Shown here: one piece after another, positions 59,193 to 64,000 of the stretch
How the letters are laid out: every line of letters begins with the position of its first letter
How positions within the stretch are numbered: position 1 is the stretch's first letter
From: an uncultured Stakelama sp.
Lineage (GTDB): Bacteria; Pseudomonadota; Alphaproteobacteria; Sphingomonadales; Sphingomonadaceae
Direction: 5' to 3'
Length of the DNA stretch: 64,000 nt
NCBI GenBank assembly: GCA_964413495.1
Contig: CAYPRW010000006.1
Span: 15,603 to 79,602, forward strand
The notes under the pieces: generated by a model
What the model saw: only the letters and a program-made list of their open reading frames with translations
Database searches by the model: none
What the model was told of the DNA's origin: nothing
Made by a program: the position numbers and the translations under genes

Positions 59193-60620
59193 CTAGCGCG
59201 CCAGGCGCAACTGGATCAGGCTGTTGCCGCGCGCGACGAACAGCACCGCGCCGCCGGCGACGTTCTGGAAGGCGCGGGCGAGCTGCGCCGCGCTCTGCAC
59301 CTGTTCGCCATTGACGCCGACGATGATGTCGCCCGCGACCAGGCCGGAACGCGCCGCCGCCGAATCCGGCTGGACCGTGGCGACCACCGCGCCGCGCAGT
59401 TGCGGCGGCACCTTGTCGCCGGCGTTGACGTCGCGGAACGTCGCGCCCAGCGCCGCCAGCCCGCCGCCGCCCGCCGGCGGGCGCGTGACGACCACCGGCC
59501 GGGGCGTCTCGACCGTCACCGTCGTCCGCGCGGTCTGGCCGGCGCGGCGATAGCCGAGCGCCACGCTCTTGCCCGGCTCCAGCGTGCCGAAGATCGCGGT
59601 CAAGTTGCCCGGTCCCTCGATCTGGCGGCCGTCGATCTCGGTGATGACGTCGCCGGCCTTGAGCCCCGCGCGCGCCGCCGGGCTGTCCGCCTGCACTTCC
59701 GACACCAGCGCGCCGCGCGTCGAACCGCTGCCCGCCGCCTCGCGCGTCACCGGGCCGACCGTCACGCCGATGCGCCCGCGCCGGACGGTGCCGTTGCGGC
59801 GCAACTGGTCGGCGATCGCCAGCGCCATGTTGACCGGAATCGCAAAGGCGATGCCGGCATTGTCGCCCGATTTCGACCAGATCGCGGTGTTGATGCCGAT
59901 CAGCCGCCCGCGGCTGTCGATCAGCGCGCCGCCCGAATTGCCGCTGTTCACCGCGGCGTCGGTCTGGATGAAGTCCTGGAACCCGTCGCCGATGCCGGTG
60001 CGGCCGAGCCCCGAGATCACGCCCATCGTCAGCGTCTGGTCGAAGCCGAAGGGATAGCCGACCGCGAAGGCGAGGTCGCCGACCTGGATCTTCGCGCTGT
60101 CGCCGATCGCCATCGCCGTCAGGTTCGGCGCGTTGATCCGGATCAGCGCGATGTCGGTCTGCGGATCGCGGCCGACCAGCGTCGCATCGACCACGCGGCC
60201 GTCATAGAGCTGGACCTGGAACGCCTGTCCCTTTTCGACGACATGGTTGTTGGTCAGGATCTCGCCCCGCGCCGCGTCGATGATGACGCCCGAACCGCTG
60301 CCGATCGGGGTCGGCGCGGGCTGGCCGGGCTGGCGCGGCTGCACGCCGGGGACCGCCGACTGGCCGCGAAAGGGGTCGTCGTCGGGCGCCTGTTGCGGCT
60401 GTTCCTGCTGCTGTTGCGCCTGTTGCTGCGGCGGCTGGCCCAGCACGATCACCTTGACCACCGTGGGCGCGACCGCGCGCAGATCCTTGGCATAGGAATA
60501 GACGCCGCGTTCGGCATCGTACGGCACGGTCTGCGCCGCGACGCCGGCCGGCGTCAGGCTCGATGCCACCATCGCCGCCGCCGCGACCCCGGCGAGCATC
60601 GAATGCAGTTTACGCTTCAT
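59193..60620 (-). CDS. HtrA/DegP-family serine protease with two PDZ domains
   Basis: Signal peptide; GSGSG, TNNHV, DIAL, IQTDAAVNSGNSGG, DSPAARAGLKAGD. Confidence 0.95.
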   Translation of the reverse strand: MKRKLHSMLAGVAAAAMVASSLTPAGVAAQTVPYDAERGVYSYAKDLRAVAPTVVKVIVLGQPPQQQAQQQQEQPQQAPDDDPFRGQSAVPGVQPRQPGQPAPTPIGSGSGVIIDAARGEILTNNHVVEKGQAFQVQLYDGRVVDATLVGRDPQTDIALIRINAPNLTAMAIGDSAKIQVGDLAFAVGYPFGFDQTLTMGVISGLGRTGIGDGFQDFIQTDAAVNSGNSGGALIDSRGRLIGINTAIWSKSGDNAGIAFAIPVNMALAIADQLRRNGTVRRGRIGVTVGPVTREAAGSGSTRGALVSEVQADSPAARAGLKAGDVITEIDGRQIEGPGNLTAIFGTLEPGKSVALGYRRAGQTARTTVTVETPRPVVVTRPPAGGGGLAALGATFRDVNAGDKVPPQLRGAVVATVQPDSAAARSGLVAGDIIVGVNGEQVQSAAQLARAFQNVAGGAVLFVARGNSLIQLRLAR

Positions 60621-60635
60621 GCTGAATCAATCCCC

Positions 60636-62027
60636 TCAATCCCCGGCGCCTTCCTTGACGCATGGCAGCGAAATCTCAATGCGGAATCCGTTTGCGGTGT
60701 TGAAAGCGTGGACATCGCCACCCGCGCGCAACGCCACCGTCTTGACGAAGGCGAGGCCCAGGCCGTGGCTGTCGGCGCCGCCGGTCGAATAGCCGGGTTC
60801 GAAGATGCGCTCGATCCGGGCGGGGTCGATGCCCGGCCCGTCATTCTCCACCGCGATGCGCACCGTTTCGCCGTCATCGGCCACCCCGCAACGAATCGCG
60901 GTTGCCGGTGTGGCGAACTTGACCGCATTGCCCAGGACATTCTCGATCATCCGGTCGAACAGGTCGCCCGCCACCCGCACCTGCGCCGGCCGCGCGTCCA
61001 GATCGAACGCCAGATCCTTGTCGTCGCCCAGATAGACGAACATGTCGTCGATCAGCCGGCGCACCCGCTCGGCCGGGTCGACGATGTCCGCCCCGGCCCC
61101 GCGCGACACCTCCGCATCGATGATGCCCAGCAGCATGCGGCAGCGTTTGTCCACGGTCCCCAGCTTGGCGTCGGCCTCGGCGATCAGCGGTTCGCCCGGC
61201 GTCTTCGCCTCGAGCGCCTCCAGATGCCGCCGCGCGACCATCACCGGGCCGCGCAGATCGTGCGCGACGTGGCGATGCAATCGCCGCAGCCCGCCGATCA
61301 TGTCCTGCGACCGCCCCAGCAGCGCGTTGAGGTGGTGCGCCAGCAGGCGGAATTCGGGCTGGCCCGCATCCGCCCCGGCACGTTCGGAAAAGCCGCTGCG
61401 GTCGGCGCGGTCGAGCAGCGCGTTGAACCGGTCGAGCCGCGCGCGCCAGCCGCGCAGCAGCGCCCAGGCGAGCAGCCCGGCAAGCAGCACGAACGCCAGC
61501 GCCACCCCGGCCGCGAGGAAATATGCCCGCATCACCAGCCGTGGGTCGGGCGAATAGATGCGCGCGCTCAGGAACGTGCCCGCCCCGCCGGCATCCGCGA
61601 TCACGCCGATCGCCGTGGCGTCCGCGCGCTGGCAGGCGGTGCCGGCCGGCACCCCGAAGCGCAGCTCGCCCGATCCGCCGGGCCAGGCGAGCCGCGGCGT
61701 CCCGCTCACGGCGCCGTCCGCCCTGCGATAGAGGAACAGCGCCCGCGCCCGCTCGCCGCTGTCGCAGCGCCCGCCATCGGTCGCCTCCTGCGCGCGCGCC
61801 GCGACCAGCGTCAGCACCTCCGCCGTTCGCGCTTCCGCCGACATTCCGCGCGGCAGGCTGGCGATCTTGCTCGACAGCACCGCCGCATCGGCCTGGGCGC
61901 GCACCAGCGCCAGTTCGCGCGCGTTCATCGCCACCATCTGCAACAGGCCCAGCGTCAGCCCGGCCAGCGCCACCGCCGCCAGCGCGCCGATGACCAGGGT
62001 GGTGCGGAGCGGAAGCCAGCGGAGCAT
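60636..62027 (-). CDS. Membrane sensor histidine kinase (HAMP, HisKA, HATPase)
   Basis: Two TM, H-box VAHDLRGP, NVLGNAVKF, NDGPGI, GLGL. Confidence 0.9.
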   Translation of the reverse strand: MLRWLPLRTTLVIGALAAVALAGLTLGLLQMVAMNARELALVRAQADAAVLSSKIASLPRGMSAEARTAEVLTLVAARAQEATDGGRCDSGERARALFLYRRADGAVSGTPRLAWPGGSGELRFGVPAGTACQRADATAIGVIADAGGAGTFLSARIYSPDPRLVMRAYFLAAGVALAFVLLAGLLAWALLRGWRARLDRFNALLDRADRSGFSERAGADAGQPEFRLLAHHLNALLGRSQDMIGGLRRLHRHVAHDLRGPVMVARRHLEALEAKTPGEPLIAEADAKLGTVDKRCRMLLGIIDAEVSRGAGADIVDPAERVRRLIDDMFVYLGDDKDLAFDLDARPAQVRVAGDLFDRMIENVLGNAVKFATPATAIRCGVADDGETVRIAVENDGPGIDPARIERIFEPGYSTGGADSHGLGLAFVKTVALRAGGDVHAFNTANGFRIEISLPCVKEGAGD

Positions 62028-62032
62028 CGCGC

Positions 62033-62842
62033 CTAGCGTCCGCCCTCCAGCCCGGCCAGGTTGCGCAGTGCGAAGCCCTGCGCCCAGATATTCGTCACCA
62101 GCGGATGATAGTCGTCCGGAATGTCGGGGCACTGGCGCTTGAGCGACTTGCGCAGCCGCTTGATCGCCTGATCGACGGTATTGGCGAATTCCTCGGGGAA
62201 ATGGCTCCACCCCTTGCCGATCCAGCAACGGTCCCACAGCATCGACTGGGACAGCGGATTGCCGCGTTCCTTGTAAAGCTCGACCAATATGTCCGCCTCG
62301 CGGCTGGTCAGCTGAAGCAGCCGGCCGTTGCAGCGCACGTCCCTGGTGTCGGCATCGACCTCCAGCGGCGCGCAGGTCCAGCCCTTGCTGCGCATCGTCG
62401 GCTTGCGGCGGCGCAGCTGCGCGGCGACGCGCGCGACCAGTTCCTCGCTGGTCGCGGGCTTGGGGACGTAATCGTCGGCGCCGCGCGCGATCAGGCCGTG
62501 GATGCGCTGATCCTCGCCGCCGAGCAGCGAATAGACCAGCGCGGGCACGTCCGGATCGGTCTTCATCCCGTTCGGCCGGCGGCGCACACGGTCAAGCACC
62601 TCCAGCCCCTCGACCCCCGGATTGATGCGGTCGAGCACGATCACATCATAGGCCTGCGCCGCCAGCGCCGCGAGCGCGGCGTCGCCGGTCTCGACCAGAT
62701 CGACCGCCGCGCAGCCCGCCGCCTCCAGCGCGGCCTTCATCTCCGCGCCGATCTCGTCCTCAAGGATCAGCGCGCGACAGCCGGCAAAGGTGTCGGCGAT
62801 GCCCTGCGCCGCCTCGGCGTCCAGCCTGAGCGCGGCCATCAC
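62033..62842 (-). CDS. OmpR-family response regulator
   Basis: LILEDE, VIVLDR, GADDYVPKP, LTSRE, VDQAIKRLRK, WAQGF. Confidence 0.88.
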   Translation of the reverse strand: MMAALRLDAEAAQGIADTFAGCRALILEDEIGAEMKAALEAAGCAAVDLVETGDAALAALAAQAYDVIVLDRINPGVEGLEVLDRVRRRPNGMKTDPDVPALVYSLLGGEDQRIHGLIARGADDYVPKPATSEELVARVAAQLRRRKPTMRSKGWTCAPLEVDADTRDVRCNGRLLQLTSREADILVELYKERGNPLSQSMLWDRCWIGKGWSHFPEEFANTVDQAIKRLRKSLKRQCPDIPDDYHPLVTNIWAQGFALRNLAGLEGGR

Positions 62843-64000
62843 AGCGGCCCCCGCGGAAAGCGGCGCGGCACGCCGGGGCGGCGCGCCTTGGCCGCCTGCG
62901 CGCTCAGCGGCAGCGCGACATGCAGCGTGCCCTGACCGCCGCGCCGGATGCGCAGCACCGCCACGCCGCGCCTCGATCCGGTGATCGCGGCCATCGCCGC
63001 CGCCGGATCGCCGACCGCCGCGCCGTCGATCGCGAGCAGTTCGTCGCCTTCATACAGGCCATAGATCTGACCCACCGATGCATCCTCCATCTTGCCCACC
63101 AGCAGCCTGCCGGCGGCGTCCTTGCGAAATTCGAATCCCAGCCTGAAGCGGCCGTCGCTGTCCAGCCCGCCCGACAGCGCCAGCGCCGCCGCCTTGCCGC
63201 GCTCGCCGGCGATGTCGTCATCGGCCTCCAGCGCAACGGCGAGGTCGAGCGGCTTGCCGCCGCGCACGATCCGGATGCCGACCCGGTCGCCCGGCCGCGT
63301 CTCGATCAACGCCAGCGACAGGTCGCGCACCACGTCGAGCTTGCGGCCTTCGACCGACAGCAGCAGGTCGCCGATCTTCACGCCTGCCCGATCCGCGGCG
63401 CCGCCAGGGGTCACCGCGTCGATGATGAGGCCGCTGTTGCCCGGCGCGCCCAGCGCCTCGGCCATGCCCGCGTCGGCGCTGCTCGCGGTGACGCCCAGCC
63501 GTCCGCGCACGACCTTGCCGTCGGCGATCAGCCGGGGCGCGATCCTGGCCGCCAGTTCGGCGGGAATCGCAAGGCCGATGCCGATGTCGAAGATGGTTTC
63601 CGGCGGCGTCGCGGTGTTGATGCCGATCACTTCCCCCTCCTCGGTGATCAGCGGCCCCCCACTGTTGCCCGGATTCAGCGCGGCGTCATGCTGGATGAAA
63701 TCGACCGGCCACGCAACGTCATAGGCGCGGTCATAGCCGCTGACGATGCCCGAAGTGACCGAAAACCGGTTCCCCAGCGGATTGCCGATCGCATAGACTT
63801 TCGTGCCCAGCGGCAGCCGGGACGACGATGCGAGCCTGAGCACCGGCAGCGGTGCGTCGGGCACGATCCGCACGATCGCCAGGTCGGTGCGCCCGTCGCG
63901 GCCGATCACCGTGCCGGCATAGCGTTTGCCGTCGGCAAAGGTCACCTCGACCCGGTCGAGCCCGGCAACGACATGCGCGTTGGTGAGAATGAGGCCGGAA
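62839..64000 (-). CDS. Second HtrA/DegP-family serine protease (5' end beyond window)
   Basis: Frame open to window end: SGLILTNAHVV, TDLAIV, IQHDAALNPGNSGGPL, PDZ GGAADRAGVKIGD. Confidence 0.92.
   Translation of the reverse strand, partial: SGLILTNAHVVAGLDRVEVTFADGKRYAGTVIGRDGRTDLAIVRIVPDAPLPVLRLASSSRLPLGTKVYAIGNPLGNRFSVTSGIVSGYDRAYDVAWPVDFIQHDAALNPGNSGGPLITEEGEVIGINTATPPETIFDIGIGLAIPAELAARIAPRLIADGKVVRGRLGVTASSADAGMAEALGAPGNSGLIIDAVTPGGAADRAGVKIGDLLLSVEGRKLDVVRDLSLALIETRPGDRVGIRIVRGGKPLDLAVALEADDDIAGERGKAAALALSGGLDSDGRFRLGFEFRKDAAGRLLVGKMEDASVGQIYGLYEGDELLAIDGAAVGDPAAAMAAITGSRRGVAVLRIRRGGQGTLHVALPLSAQAAKARRPGVPRRFPRGPL

Noticed and set aside
52954..62036. Very long plus-strand ORFs (52954..56019, 55616..57883, 59166..62036; likewise 15741..18839, 25190..27883, 5295..7646)
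   Set aside because: Antisense shadows of motif-bearing minus-strand genes in high-GC DNA; Arg-rich with no recognisable motifs

Overview
GC-rich alphaproteobacterial DNA; the gene content resembles Sphingomonadaceae (inferred, not tested). Bases 1-52.7 kb are one large surface-polysaccharide locus: about 11 GT2/GT4 glycosyltransferases, both Wzm/Wzt and Wzx/Wzy-type export, OPX/co-polymerase/kinase-like genes, an OM beta-barrel, acetyl/acyl/methyl/pyruvyl transferases, two beta-helix lyase-like paralogues, a GH5, ugd and galU. Embedded in it are a type I secretion system with one canonical and one degenerate ABC protein, a NodF/NodE-like ACP-ketosynthase pair, a UDP-glucuronate decarboxylase broken by one in-frame TAG, and a two-gene cassette resembling the gene transfer agent (GTA) head-spike base and spike fibre. 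Bases 52.7-64 kb are a co-oriented minus-strand module: HtrA, response regulator, histidine kinase, HtrA, secreted protein A, CHAT protease, secreted protein B (paralogue of A), and a caspase-family protease. Apart from the two-component pair and the HtrA whose start lies off-window, all members have apparent signal peptides; REP-like palindromes sit in three of the spacers. The two best candidates for undescribed systems are this exported clan-CD protease module and the GTA-spike-like cassette inside the capsule/EPS locus. All family calls come from motif recognition by eye; no searches were run.
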